Assembly (NCBI GenBank): GCA_001949185.1
Contig: BDGG01000011.1
Span: forward strand, 1,169,005-1,233,004
Origin: Ramazzottius varieornatus
Lineage: Eukaryota; Animalia; Tardigrada
Length of the DNA: 64,000 bases
Reading direction: 5' to 3'
Position numbers and translations under genes: made by a program. The notes beneath the pieces were generated by a model. That model made no database searches, was not told where the DNA came from, and worked only from the letters and a program-made list of their open reading frames with translations. Below are positions 24,101-36,628 of the stretch, piece by piece (the first letter of the stretch is position 1; the number at the start of each line of letters is the position of its first letter).

Positions 24101-27100
24101 TCTACTCAGTATACTGCGCCGGCTAGCAAACCAATCAGCTTCTTGAGTACAACATTGGATAGTCTTTCAACCCTTCCAGCAGCGAAGCCTGTCACGACAA
24201 CACCAATCAGTTTTCTGACCACAACAGCTGACGGCTCTCCATCAGCCACCGTCGATATCCTGCCAAAGAGTCCTCGAACACCAGCTGCAAGTACTTCACC
24301 TTCCAGCCGAGCTTCGCCCTTCGACTTCCTCCGGCAAAAAAGCGAACAAAAAGGCGAACCTCCGTCACATGTCGCCAACGTTGAGATCAAACCCAAGAGT
24401 TCGTCGGTGACACCCATCAGCTTCCTGCAACCGCAAGCTGAACCTAGCCGAGGAAGAGCAACTTCGGTGGAGATCTCTGACCAGCCTGAGATTCCCGGTG
24501 GTATTCCTCCCACGTTGAGACAGCGGTCGCAGTCTCATGGACGAGAGGATAAGGAAGGCGAGACGGGAACTGTCAGGAGAAGACGGAGGGAAGCAGAAGA
24601 GCCCTTACCTGGCTTGCCTGTGATCGTTTCGGCCAAAGACCGCTTCTTGGCCAAGGTATGGTCAATCCGTCGTTCGAAACTTATTTCGAGATGAAGTCAG
24701 TTTTCCGCGATTACCGAGAAATGAATTAATTCAAAATAAGAGCTCGCCAAACAGACTCGACAGACTCATTTTCTCAAGTGGCGCACCATCTCGATGTTAT
24801 TAACTGGATTAACTGCGCCATTTGGAGAACCGATTCTGTCGATCTTCTCCGCCCATGAGGGAATCTCGTCACTTTGTCCCTTTGGTTTTCTAGAGTTTTT
24901 TCCATGTTTTCTAGGTTCAAGAAACAGCAGCACAGCCAGCGGAAACCGCCGTCGCGTTCGGTGGACGACGACGATCGTCCGTGCTGAAGGGTGTAGTCGA
25001 ACCCTTGAGTGCCGAAGAGCAAGCCGAACAGCTGGCGAAGCTCGAAGCGTCCAAAGAAGCCGCCCGACTGAGAAATGTTGAACGAGAGAAACGCGAACAA
25101 GAAGAGCTGGTTAAGAAAAAGAAGGCGGAAGAGGAAAGGCTACTGAGATTAGAAGAAGAACGAAAGGAACGAGCTGAACAGGAAAGAATCAGACGGGAGG
25201 AAGCCGTGAAGAGGCGCGAGGAAGAACGCATCCGGGATGAGAAACGCCAGCTGGAAGAGAAAGAACGACGAGCCGAGGAGCATCGCCTGTGGCAGGAGAA
25301 GGAAAAGCAGCGGGCGGAAGAAGAAAGAGTACGAGAAGAGAAACGAAGGGCGTTAAGAGAAGAAAAACGGATCAAGGAGGAAGCGGAAAAAGCCGCCCTG
25401 GAGAAAGTTCGTAAAGAAAAGGAAGCAGCCGATGCCAAGAAACAGAAAGAACGGGAAGAGGAACAGTTGAGACTCAAGAGAATCGAAGAAAAAAGGTCGG
25501 AACTTGCGATTGGATATTTTACCTGTGAAATTAGTGTCGGGGAAAAATCATCAAAATAGTGTTTGCGGCTTATTATTTTTTTATCTCAAGCAGGTACTGC
25601 ATTTTCTAGTTTATATGTTTCGTCGTTTTAGGTTGGCTGAGATGGAAAGGAGGAGAAAGGACGAGGAAGAACGGAAGGCCGAACAGCAACGAAAGCAAGC
25701 GGAACGTGAAGCCAAACAGCACGAAGCGGAAGAGAAACGACGGAAGGAGCTGGACGAACTGCGCGCCAAGGAGGAAGCTGAACGGCAAAGATTAGCCGCC
25801 GAGAAGAAACGTATCGAGGAACAGAAGAAACAGTTTGAAGAAGAGGAACGAAAACGTGCCGAAGATCGACGACGAAAAGACGAGGAAGAACGCAAGCGCC
25901 GCGAAGAGGAGCGCCAGAGACGAAAGGAGCTGGAGCTGGCGAAGTACGAAGAAAAGTTCGCCAAGACAGCCGAACATAAGAAAGAACTGACCGAAACATC
26001 GCTACGCCACGTCGAAAGTCTGGAAGATATCGAACGAAGAAAGAAAGACTTGGCTTTACTGAAGGAAGTGGGGAAGAAGGAAAGCGAGCGCATTCGCCAA
26101 ATGACCGAAGAAGAGAAACAGAAGATTTTGACTGAGAAGAAGAACAAGCCCATACAGGAAGATCCTTCCCTGGCCCTACCTGCGCGACGCGACCGAACCA
26201 AAGAACTTCCCATCGTCGAGATTGAGAAGCCTAAAGAGAGCAAAGGAGCGTCGAAGCTGAAGGATAAATGGGAGCAAAAAGCCGAGCAAGCTGCGCCTGT
26301 TCAACGCTCCTTCCAAGCACCACGAAATTCCCCCGACAAATCAATCAAGCCACCGTACAACTCTTCTGTTCGAACCTCTCCTGACAAGACAATCAAGCCT
26401 CCCTACGGTGTATCCTCCCGTGGGTCACCGGATAAATCAATCAAGCAGCCGTACAATAATTCCTCGTCCAGACTTTCACCCGAAAAATCAATCAAGCCAG
26501 CAGCACCTCCAGTGGCTGACAGGAACATGGCCAGCGTTCAAGTCAAGACAGTCAACATTATCAAATCACCCGTGAGAGATCAATCAAGCGTTGGCGCAGA
26601 GCAAAAAGTGCAGGTTGGTGGGCAAAAACCAGCCCAAACACTGCAATCGCCCACGGCGCAACCAGTCGCCCAGAAGGCCACACCCACGTCTGGGCCGCAG
26701 TCTGGGCAAGCCGCAATGGGCGCCCAGCAGCCCGCTACTGGGCAGCCAGCTGTGGTAGCCAAACCGGCCAAATCAGACGGGAAAATCCAGTCACGCTTCA
26801 TCGGTGGTGTCACTGATATCGATGACTTGTTCGGAAGTAACAAGGACTTCCTAAAGACGGCCAGAACGGGTTCGCAGGAACGAGGGGAAGAACGTAGTCC
26901 AGCTGGGCAACAGCGAAGCGGAAGGAGCGGACAGGTACCATTAGACCTTCCCAAGGCCCAACAACAGCAACAACAGCGCTATGGACAGCAGAGCTTGGCC
27001 AACGAGCCTATGTCTCCAAAAGTACCCTGTGTGACACTGGAGAAGAAGGACTATATGAGGAAGAGAGTGTGGCACGAGTTGCAGAGGTGTCTGCAACCCA

Positions 27101-27219
27101 ATGTCGATATCTTCTTGGACCTGCCCGCACTGCCAGACCCCATGCTGGGCAGTGGACAAACCTACTACGACATTTTCGGATTTCCTCCCAAGGCCCAATA
27201 CTGCAAGAAACATGCAAAG
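18102..27219 (+). CDS. ~2,200-aa Ser/Pro/acidic low-complexity coding unit with an ER/K charged helix; probably the alternative long N-terminus of the downstream FHOD formin. Exons 18102-18134, 18396-18464, 19298-19841, 20157-20733, 21108-22033, 22127-23146, 23385-24655, 24915-25495, 25632-27219
   Basis: All eight introns are GT-AG and phase-consistent (0,0,1,2,1,1,0,2); the exons coincide with long ORFs. The last exon ends at a strong phase-0 donor AAG|GTAAGC; if unspliced it stops at 27240. Confidence 0.75.
22555..22990 (+). repeat. Coding tandem repeat, 4 copies of ~38-42 aa (VEDIWA[DG]RPSTPPPRxxSP[FY])
   Basis: gtggaggatatttgggc recurs at ~22561, 22669, 22798 and 22927. Confidence 0.9.
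23234..23282. repeat. Degenerate copy of the intronic palindromic GTGGCGCAC-N25-GTGCGCCAC repeat
   Basis: caggtagcgcgc-N25-gtgcgcaactag in intron 23147-23384. Confidence 0.5.
24757..24842. repeat. Intronic palindromic GTGGCGCAC-spacer-GTGCGCCAC repeat, single unit
   Basis: tcgacagactcattttctcaagtggcgcac-N26-ctgcgccatttggagaaccgattctgtcga. Confidence 0.75.
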
Positions 27220-28886
27220 GTAAGCGCTGTCGAGACATGATGAAACAAGGTCTTTGGTTTAATCACATTGGCTACCAAACGAACGAAACGCCGCAGCTCG
27301 ATCGTAGAGAAAAGCAAAAAATTTGGTTTCGGACTAATTCCAGATATTTGCCTAGGCCCAGACACAATATTCGGTCAACACAAACACGGTAACTTTAGAT
27401 GAATTTTCCGACGTAATTGTTTTCCTTCCTGCTTGAGGACCGAGTTCGTTGGTATTACTGCCACCACGAACACGGTGATGCTCCTGACGGGTTTTTGGAG
27501 GTCGATGGAGCAGAGATTACGTAATAGGGGTTGGTGGCTGCAATTAAAAGATAGCTTTCTGGTTAATTACTTCGTTTACTGAGCCGTTTTTCATCATTGT
27601 GTCCTCCGAAAAGATACTGTGGTGGCAGGGAAAGCTTAAAATATTTAGGCTGGCCGCTATTAGCTGATGCGCGTACTTTGTCAACGAGCTACAGTACAAA
27701 AAAGCTATGTGCGCGTGCGTTGTTTACTCCATTGGGGAAAAACAACGATGAGCGAAGGGAGATTAATGATGGCGGTTTGCAAAATCTGACGGGTCGGTGC
27801 CAGGCATCTTCAAATCGTCAGCGAATGGGTGCGGCTGTGGTAACGAGCTAGACTGTTACAGAGGCTTCCGGAAATAGCCCAACGTACATAACATGCCGTC
27901 TTGAGCCAAACCACAACCGGTGTGCGATGTGCCGTGGCGAGCTGCGCGCTGGCTACTGCCGGCTTCGCAAGTTCGTCACGCCGGGCTGGGGAAGCTGCCG
28001 GGCTTTCAACGGCCTCCTCCAGCCGGACGCAAGGACTTTCGACTACTGAAGAACCCTTCCACCAGTAGAGTCGCGCTGATTGTGTGCACTAAACATAGTC
28101 CGTTACAGCGCCACCTACGCTGGCACTTGTCTCTTCCATCTTGACTGGGACATTGATATTCTCCACATTTCCGTCTGCGTTGCGACTACGAACTCCCAAC
28201 TATATTTCGGCACAGGTGATTTGTGAGTTTACACTGCGCCGAATTTTCTCTAGCTTTGTGTAAGGAGCAATAGGAGACAGGATTATTTGACTCAGAACGG
28301 CTCCGTCTAAAGTAGGATGACACATCTCCTGTAAATATGAGGAGGTCTTCAGTAAATGCGGTAACCTTTGGGCGTTGTCGCGGTTTCTTCGAAGTTGGCA
28401 CAGAGGGCGCACTGTCGGCTTTTCGGGCTTCTGCTTAAATTTGTACAGCATTCGAAATTACACTGCGGTTTCCGGCCTGTTTGAGGTCGAATAATCGACG
28501 GTGCGGTATATGGAATTTAGAGGCTGCCTAAACCGGCTTGGGGCCAATGAAGGCAGCTTGTTCCTTTTTGCGCGCCTTCAGCACTTCTCTCCTCGTGCTC
28601 CTAACGCATACTTCTTCCGGCCTGCGTGGCCACATTCCAAGCGAGAATTCCATGCAGACATGCGCTTCTGCTTGCTTGGTCTAGTTGGTCTAGCTCTTCA
28701 GCCTTCTCTTTGCCCCTTGGAGCCTGCCGTACTTCTCACCTTCAAATGCTGTAATCGCCACGGAAATGTTTACATTTTGCCATTTCAAGGCTTGATCTGT
28801 ACAATGAGCGTTTGATTGCTCTGCCGACTTGATCATCTTTCTTGTCTGCTGCACTCACTGCCGTCTATATCTAATCGTGTTACGCA

Positions 28887-31800
28887 ATGACGTTAGTCGT
28901 GAAGGTCCAATTCCTCAACGATACTGATCCCTTTTCCAGTACACAATATCCCGAGCCGGCCAGACCTCCAAACTTCACTTTTGATGATTCCGTACCACTT
29001 TCCGAACAGATTGGCGCTGTTCACCGCTTATTGAGACCCCCTCAAAAGGTACATTCGCTCGTCGACCAGAATCCAACTGTTGCTTCAATATCGATCGCCA
29101 ATGATACCTTCCCGTTCACTCTCTTCCAATTCAGCCTAAAATTTTGGGAATATACATATCTGGCAACATTAGAGTGGGGTAAAACTAGTCTTACGTTGTT
29201 GATACGAACGATCACTTGATTTCTGATTGGGTTTATAGATGGCAGTGTGCTTATCGTACACGAAATTTCGCTGTGCAGTCGTCGATTTTGGCCATATTTT
29301 CTACGATTATTCCACACCTAAATTTCTGAGTTTTCATGGCGAACTGATTTCGTTTTGTGTATATATGGGTTGTTTTCGGTGGTTCAGGGCCAGCTAAGCA
29401 CATTAGAAAAGCTTCCTGTGTGCTCTTTGGTCCTCTGCTCGTTAAACGAGTGCATCTGTCACCGCGAACATGCACCAGGAGGATTTGTTTGTAGGACGAT
29501 GAAGGCATAAATAGGTTTTCCAGCATCAGCAGATGCTTGGCGTTTGCGCAGCCAGTCAGGCTTCTGCCTTGGATCTTTGTAGCTGGATCGTCAAGCGGCA
29601 GTGCGTATTTTTAGTCTCGGGTTTCTTGCCTGGTTGGCTAACAACGTTCTTCCTCCTTGCAAGTTGTCGGTCCGCAGATGATGCAGGAGAACAGCAGTCA
29701 ACAGCAGCCCTCCTTAACTCACTCCTCTTTGCATAACACCAAACACCATTCTTCCGCTGCCAAATTGTAGCAAATAGGTGACGTCTTGTTGACGCTAGAG
29801 TCTCTTCTCTATTCATAAAATTATACTGATATCCGCTTAACCAAGTATTACTCACTTGAAAAAGCATTCTAAAAATAAACTCGAAGAAAACAGTGTCAGA
29901 AATTCGAAACAAAACTTGACAAAAAAGCAAAAATATGCAGTTGTGAATAATCAAATTTATTGACGGTAAAACGTCGTCGTAATCTTGTAAATATTTTGGT
30001 AATTTATTCCACGGTATACAGTCCCTGTTTATTTTTTCTAGGTTGACGATTGCGCATTACAACTGTGGAGATACAATGACGCCGGCCAACTGGAAACCTC
30101 AACCTACCTGGATCTCGATTCGTCCATCAACGAACAACGCGAAGAGTTTGATGGATTCTTCCAAAAGTACGTACCTACTTTCTTGTTCAAAATACTGAAA
30201 AATGAAAAGGTGCAAATCGATGAAGTGATATCACCGGTGATCAAATAAACTGGCCCAGACAAATAGACAGTAGTCAGGAAGGGATGCTTTGACTTATAAC
30301 AGGTTAGCCGACTTATAATATGATGCCCAATCCGAAAATAGTCCAGATGCATTACAAAACTAGATTATACACACAATATTGATTTTAGCACGTTGGCCAG
30401 CTGTCGACTTCTCTTGTCGAACCAGACAGACGTTGCTAACTTCCTCACCTCGTTTTTATTTCACCTGCTGCCTTATCATACTTTTGACGGAGGGTTTTTT
30501 CTGCGAGCAGTCGGCCGTTAATCAACGGGCCGTTTTTCCACCTGTGAATTGACTATCATAAACCATGCAGCCGTTCTGAATATCAGTGAATTTTTTGTGT
30601 GATTTTTATTGGTGATATTGGACGGGAATTTGGGAACATGGCCATTGTACATAATGGAGTTCTTTACTGCAGCCGTCGGAACGCCATGGTCATACGAACC
30701 TCCTTGACCGTCCGGGTGCACACGATCATCGGTAAGAAGATTCCGAATTCAATCACACTACCGCAGAAAAAAACGAAAGGAAATGTCTAAAATAATTACA
30801 AGTGCTGCTTTGCAGAAAAATTACTACACGCTGACGGAAGAGAACTACGGAGAGCGCTATTTTCGCTGAAGCAAATTTTTCAGGTAAGGCTCCGTTCGGA
30901 TTATTCCCTTTTAGCCGACCACTTTTCCACGATATTTCTGTCGTTGGTACACGCAGTGGTAGCGTCTATAATTAAGCACTGTTCTCACAAATCGGAGCCG
31001 GGTAAAAAAAAACTCGATCAGATTGTTCTGCCAGCTGATGGGCGTCTTCGGTAATAATGGCTGAAGGCGTGTGCCGTTGACTGATTTCGAATGCTCTCTT
31101 GATGCTCTCGGTTATCTTTTTCCAGGATGACAAGGATTTGGTCCACGAATTTGTGACACACGATGGCTTGGACTGTCTACTCAAAGTGGGAAGTGAAGCG
31201 GACCACAACTACCAGAACTATATCCTGCGCGGTAACTTCCGCCTCCATTCTCTTCATAGCTTTCCACCATGACGTAACCTTCTTCCTTCTTGTTGTGAAT
31301 GACAGCTCTTGGTCAAGTGATGTTATATGTCGACGGTATGAACGGTGTTATCCAGCACGGTGATACTGTCAGATGGCTGTACTCGCTGCTGGGCTCCAAG
31401 TACCGTCTGGTACAGAAGACGGCACTCAAGCTGCTGCTGGTCTTTGTGGAGTACGCCGAAAGTAACTGCGAGCTGCTAGTGGAAGCCATCGACAGCGTCG
31501 ACAAGGAGAACCGCGAGAAGCCTTGGACTAACGTCATGAAGATCCTCAATGAGAAAGAGCCCTCCGACCCCGAACTGATTGTCTTCGCCATGACTCTCAT
31601 CAATATGGTACGCTGCCTCACCATCGGCAATTTCAGCCATGAGAAAGAATCCGCTTTGTTTATTCTAAATTCATCGCTGTATTTCGCGCAAGTTATGTCA
31701 TAGGTGTTTTTTTATTGCCGTTGACAGACGGTGCAAGGCATTCCCGATAAAGATACGTACTACGACGTCGTCGACTCTCTGGAGCAGTTAGGCTTGGCGG

Positions 31801-34800
31801 AAGCCAGTGAGTATCACAGAAAGAGGAAAGGAACGGACACAGATCTCCTACAGCAAATCGACCTGTTTGACGTAAGAGAGACTCAACTTTTGCGCCGGAA
31901 AACATACCCAAACATTCACACATCTCTGGAAATTTTGGCGTACTTTTGGTCTGGAAAAAAGTTTGAATATACTGTGAAAACACTGAACGCAGCTATCAAA
32001 TAATTTCTTTCCCTACGACTGTTGAAAAATTCAGACAGTCTACGTATATTCCCGCACAAGGTTATCAACATTATAGGCCGTGTTGAAGCACGAAGACGGT
32101 ATGCAGAACGCCCTTCCCGATCAGCCCAACGTCCGTCAACAGCCCCGAACCAAGAAGATGGGCGAAGAGCGCAAGTCGCGTCGTCACGGTGGTGCGTCCA
32201 CCACCTCTTCCTCCAAGCCATCCGACAAGCAGAACGGCGTCAAGCCCATCTCCTTCCTCCAGCCCGACTCCGCCAAGACCAACGGTGCCCCCGGCTCCAC
32301 CCTGCGTAAACGCTCCGAATCACCGTATGCTGATCCAGCCGAGCAACGCCGCAACCACTTGGCCACACCGTCGCCCAACCGTGGACGCGACTCGTCCTAC
32401 GACTCACGGAGGGACTCCAACTCGTCAGTGTCGTCGTATGGCGGACCTAGTCCACGAGGCTCCGCCACGGACTTTAATACGGCGGCCAATGAGCTGAATG
32501 CGGCGCAGGCGGGAGATGCTAGAGGCGCACCCAGACCGTATGGCGCACCTATGAAACCGGCGGCCACGCCCGAGCCGCAGAAGAGCGCGGGCCCGCCCTT
32601 CGCTCGACCGGCACTACCCACCATGAAGGGTAAGTACTTCCCTTTTCTTGTTTTTACTTACCTTACTCGGGTTTTACGTGGCCTTATTTTTCCCGTAGGT
32701 AAAGCGGAAGAGAAGCCGGCTGAAGCAGCCGCGCCAGCTCGGCGCGATTCCCTCTCGGCCGACAAGAAATCCTGGGCCATGGGTATGATGTACTCTACGC
32801 CCGATAAGGACAAAGCTGGTGTCAAGTCTCCCAGCGCTGCTACCAGTCCCGTGCCACCAGGTCCCGCGGCTTCAGCCGTCACACCCATCAAATTCCCTGC
32901 ACCGGCAACCACCACCCCAGCCGCGCCTGCCCCATCGAGCGGTGGAACGTCGCTGGCCGACAAACTAGCCAAAGCGCGTGGTGGCATGGGTGCCACGCCT
33001 GAAGCACCTGAAGTGTCCAAAGAGGACCACAAGAACGCGCTGGCTGGTGCCATAGCCAAAAACCAGTTCAAGCGTCAAGAATCAAAGGATGTACCGACCA
33101 GTAACGGCCTACAGGTGTCACCACCCGCTGCCACCAAGTCCGAAGCTGACCAACGGTGGGAGGAATTGGAAAGGTCCTTCAAGCGACCACTGAAACTGGA
33201 TGAAATGGACTTTACAGACCTAGGTAACGAAATACCATTCCCACTTTATCCGGTAACCTTAACGTGGTGTGTGGTTTACAGGTGCGACGGATGACGTTGA
33301 CATCACCGCTCCACAAGCTTTCATGATGGGTGGCGCAGGTGGTCCGCCTCCGCCACCTGGTGGCGCTCCTCCTGGTCCACCACCTCCGCCGGGTTTCGGC
33401 CCACCAGCGCCACCCGGAGCGCCACCTGGACCACCACCACCTCCGGGTTTCGGTCCGCCACCACCGCCACCGTCTGGAGGTCCACCCGGGCCTCCGCCGC
33501 CACCTGGCCTGGCACCACCTCCACCTGGGCCTCCTGGCAGTCGCAGTGCGTCGCCGGCACCGGGTAAAGTACCTGGAAAGGACAAGAAGACCGTCAAGGT
33601 AAGGACTTGATATTTTTTGAAACGCTAGTATTGTACACGCAGAGACCAACATATTTTCGTAGGTGTTTTGGAAAGAGACCAAGTCAGTCGGGTTACCACC
33701 GGCCATCGCCAAGGAAGGCACCATTTGGGACAATGTCAAGCCAGTGGATATCGACAAGTCGAAACTGGAGTCCTTGTTCGAAATGAAACAGAAGGAAGCT
33801 GCCAACAAGGTGTGTTATATTTGCCTCCCCGCTTTCTCGTACGTCTTCTGTTCCTAACATTCACTCACTGCTGTCTTTTCTTTTCGCGCCAATTTACTGA
33901 CCATCGTTGTTTGTGTTCTGTTCGTCTTAACAGACCGAGGTATGTATCAATATATGTTGCTACTAACAAGTATGATTTCCGTAATTTCCAAATTTGGATT
34001 TTTACTCGAAATATTTCCCTATAGGTCTCAGATAAGGACAAGAAAGCAAAGGACGTCGTGGTACTGGACACGAAGCGGTCGAACGCCATCAACATCGCCC
34101 TGACCAAGCTTCCACCACCGCGCACCATCAAGACGGCCATTCTCAAAATGGACAGTTCCATCATGAGCAAGGAAGGTATCGAGAAGATCCTCACTGGGCT
34201 CTTACCGACCGAAGAAGAAAAGAACAAGATCCTCGAAGCCCAGATGTCCAACCCGGAACTTCCGCTGGCTTCGGCTGAACAGTTCCTGGTCACACTCAGC
34301 GCCATCCAGGAGCTCGTACCCCGAATCAAACTCTGGCTGTTCCAATTGGATTATACGACAACCGAGAAGGAAGTAGCTGAACCTCTACTCGACCTGAAAA
34401 CCGGCATGGACAAATTGAAGGTATCGTACACTCATTTTACGGTTCTTCGTTTTTGCTCCATTACAAACACAATAAGATCGCTGCTTTACGTGGCGCACTG
34501 TTCCGGCCAATCGCACCCAAAATGTGTGCCACTTGACAGACGATCCTGTCGAGTTTTCTAAGTGGCGCACGCTTCCAGCCAGCACCATAGAAAACGTGCG
34601 CTACTTGGATAAACAATACTTGTCGATCTTGTTTGCCCATCTCCCCATTTCTTTTATTGTTTTTTTCTTGCAGGCCAACGTGACGTTCAAGCACATTCTG
34701 GGTACGCTGCTGGCCGTGGGTAATTTCCTTAATGGTGTAGAGGCCAAGGGTTTCCAGATTGACTTTTTGACGAAAGTGCCGGAAGTCAAAGACACCGGCG

Positions 34801-35975
34801 AGAAGAAGCAGACGCTGATGCACCATGTGTGCGAGATGGTCCAAGAGAAATTCCCTCAAAGCTCTGACCTGTACTCGGAAATCGGCGAGATTTCGCGCTG
34901 TGCTAAGGTGGATTTTGACGAGCTGAAAACCAGCTTGGACAAGATGGAAAACGAATGCAAAGCCAGCTGGGACCATTTGAAGGCCATTGCCAAACACGAC
35001 GCTGACATCAAACAAAAGTAAGTCCAAGAAACTGCACAGGTAAAGATTGTGGGCTGTTGATTCCAACATTTTTCCCTACTTTCAGGATGACGGTATTCCT
35101 GACGGACGCGGCTGAAAGAATAATGATTCTCAAAAAAGTTTATACCAGAGTTATGAATAGGTACTGTATTCTGCTGGTTGACTTGTCCCACATGGCAGCC
35201 TTTCAGTTGATTGGTTGATTTCCTTTGGCTGCAGGTATCACAAGTTCCTAGTGTGGATGGGTCTTCCCGTCACACAGTCCAAAGAGACCAAGCCCAACCA
35301 ATTCTGCCGCATCATCAGCGAGTTTGCGCTGGAGTACCGAACCACCAAAGAACGTATCCAGCAGGACAAGCAGAAGAAGATGAAATACAAAGAAAGGAAG
35401 CGAACACGGGGCAAACTGATCACTGAGGTAAGCAGCCGCTTCATGCTCTACGTGTTATGCTTCTATGGATAAACCGTCGGAAAAATGGCTAGTGTCTCTT
35501 GGTGTCCCATAACAGCCAGTAATATCGTCTGTAAGAAGAGAGGTTATATTAGTCGAGTTGATTTCGTGCCAAACTCTCAGACATATTTGTGTGACAGGAT
35601 GGTCCGTTTGCTTCCAAGTCTCCATCACCTCGGCCCGATGCCCCAGAAGACCAGGCTCTGACTTCTCTCCTGCGCAACGGTGCCGCCAACGACACCAAGG
35701 TGGCTAACACTCACGGTGTCAAGGTGCGCACACGGCAGTCTTTCGAGCCCAACCGCCTAGCGGCGCCTGGTGCGGCCTCGACTGGTGCCGCCAGTGATGT
35801 CTCGGATGAAGACGACGCCATGCTGGAAAGCCTAGTCAAGAATGCCACTGGCAGCCGAAAAGCGCCGGCCGACCGCGCGGCCCAACGAAAGGCACCTTCG
35901 CGCATCGTCAACCGCAAGTCCCTCCGTCGGACACGGACTCTCAAGCTGGACGAAGTTGACATGCCCAGCAACTAA
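28887..35975 (+). CDS. FHOD: FHOD-family formin (GBD/FH3-FH1-FH2-DAD), ~1,297 aa. Exons 28887-29048, 30042-30166, 30673-30731, 30816-30883, 31126-31231, 31306-31607, 31728-31871, 32077-32629, 32699-33223, 33282-33598, 33663-33809, (33934-33939), 34025-34420, 34674-35017, 35086-35160, 35235-35427, 35598-35975
   Basis: FHOD-specific N-terminus [18 protein letters not shown]; FH3 [33 protein letters not shown]; poly-Pro FH1; FH2 [45 protein letters not shown]; [18 protein letters not shown]. Confidence 0.97.
33934..33939 (+). other. Candidate 6-nt microexon (ACCGAG, Thr-Glu) in the FHOD FH2 region
   Basis: ttcgtcttaacAG|ACCGAG|GTatgt lies inside the phase-0 intron 33810-34024 and preserves frame. 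Confidence 0.65.
34486..34626. repeat. Two tandem 72-bp units of the intronic palindromic repeat
   Basis: gtggcgcac at 34490 and 34562, each followed after 25 nt by gtg(t/c)gc(c/t)acttg and then tgtcga. Confidence 0.85.
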
Positions 35976-36628
35976 CTTAACCCTACGCTGTAAATAGACT
36001 TGTTCTGATACCTTTTCTTAAACCATTGTGATTAACCCAGAAAAAGATGAGGATTTTTTCTGTGCCTTTGTGTTCACAAAGCGTAATTGTCAGAGAGCTG
36101 CTTTGCTGGCTTAGCTGCTAGCTTTTATTACCTTGGAGGATTTTTGATCTGCTCATCTCAGTCATACACGGCTTTTATTTCTAATGTTGGTTGCGACAGC
36201 GCGGAACAGATTGAGATCGCATCACGGTCCCACCGTGGTCTTAGGGGTCTTTATTGTTCGACCCGAGCAGACGCTCTCGCGCTCTTGTTGTACGAGTACT
36301 GTTCGAGCTTTGGTGATGCTCTGTTGTAAGAGAAAACGTTTACTGTGTTTTCTTCCGCCTGTTTGTCGTTCAACCATGGGGATAATACCACACCAGGCTC
36401 GAGCCATAGCGTCTTGTCCGTCTTTGACAAAGGACCTGCACCATCTTGCTCGTCATTGTGGCGCCTTACTGGCCATAGGCTGGCAGATACATATGAAACA
36501 AGATGCATTCCTTACAGCCGTAATTTTCCAGTGCCACATAACCTGGTGTTGATTGACCGATCCATTTGGCTTCCTTCGACCATTGCCCAGAACGGAAAAA
36601 CGGCCAGGCGAATATTTCCAGCTGCGCG

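Noticed and set aside
24917-26243. Long minus-strand Ser/Phe/Arg-rich ORFs
   Set aside because: Antisense shadows of the E/R/K-rich plus-strand exons.
33212-33808. Gly-rich and Arg/Trp-rich minus-strand ORFs
   Set aside because: Antisense shadows of the poly-proline FH1 exon.
34486-34626. CRISPR-like reading of the repeat/spacer pattern (also 52295-52432)
   Set aside because: Eukaryotic introns, at most two units per site, no cas genes, and the spacers retain mutual similarity; kept only as a repeat family.
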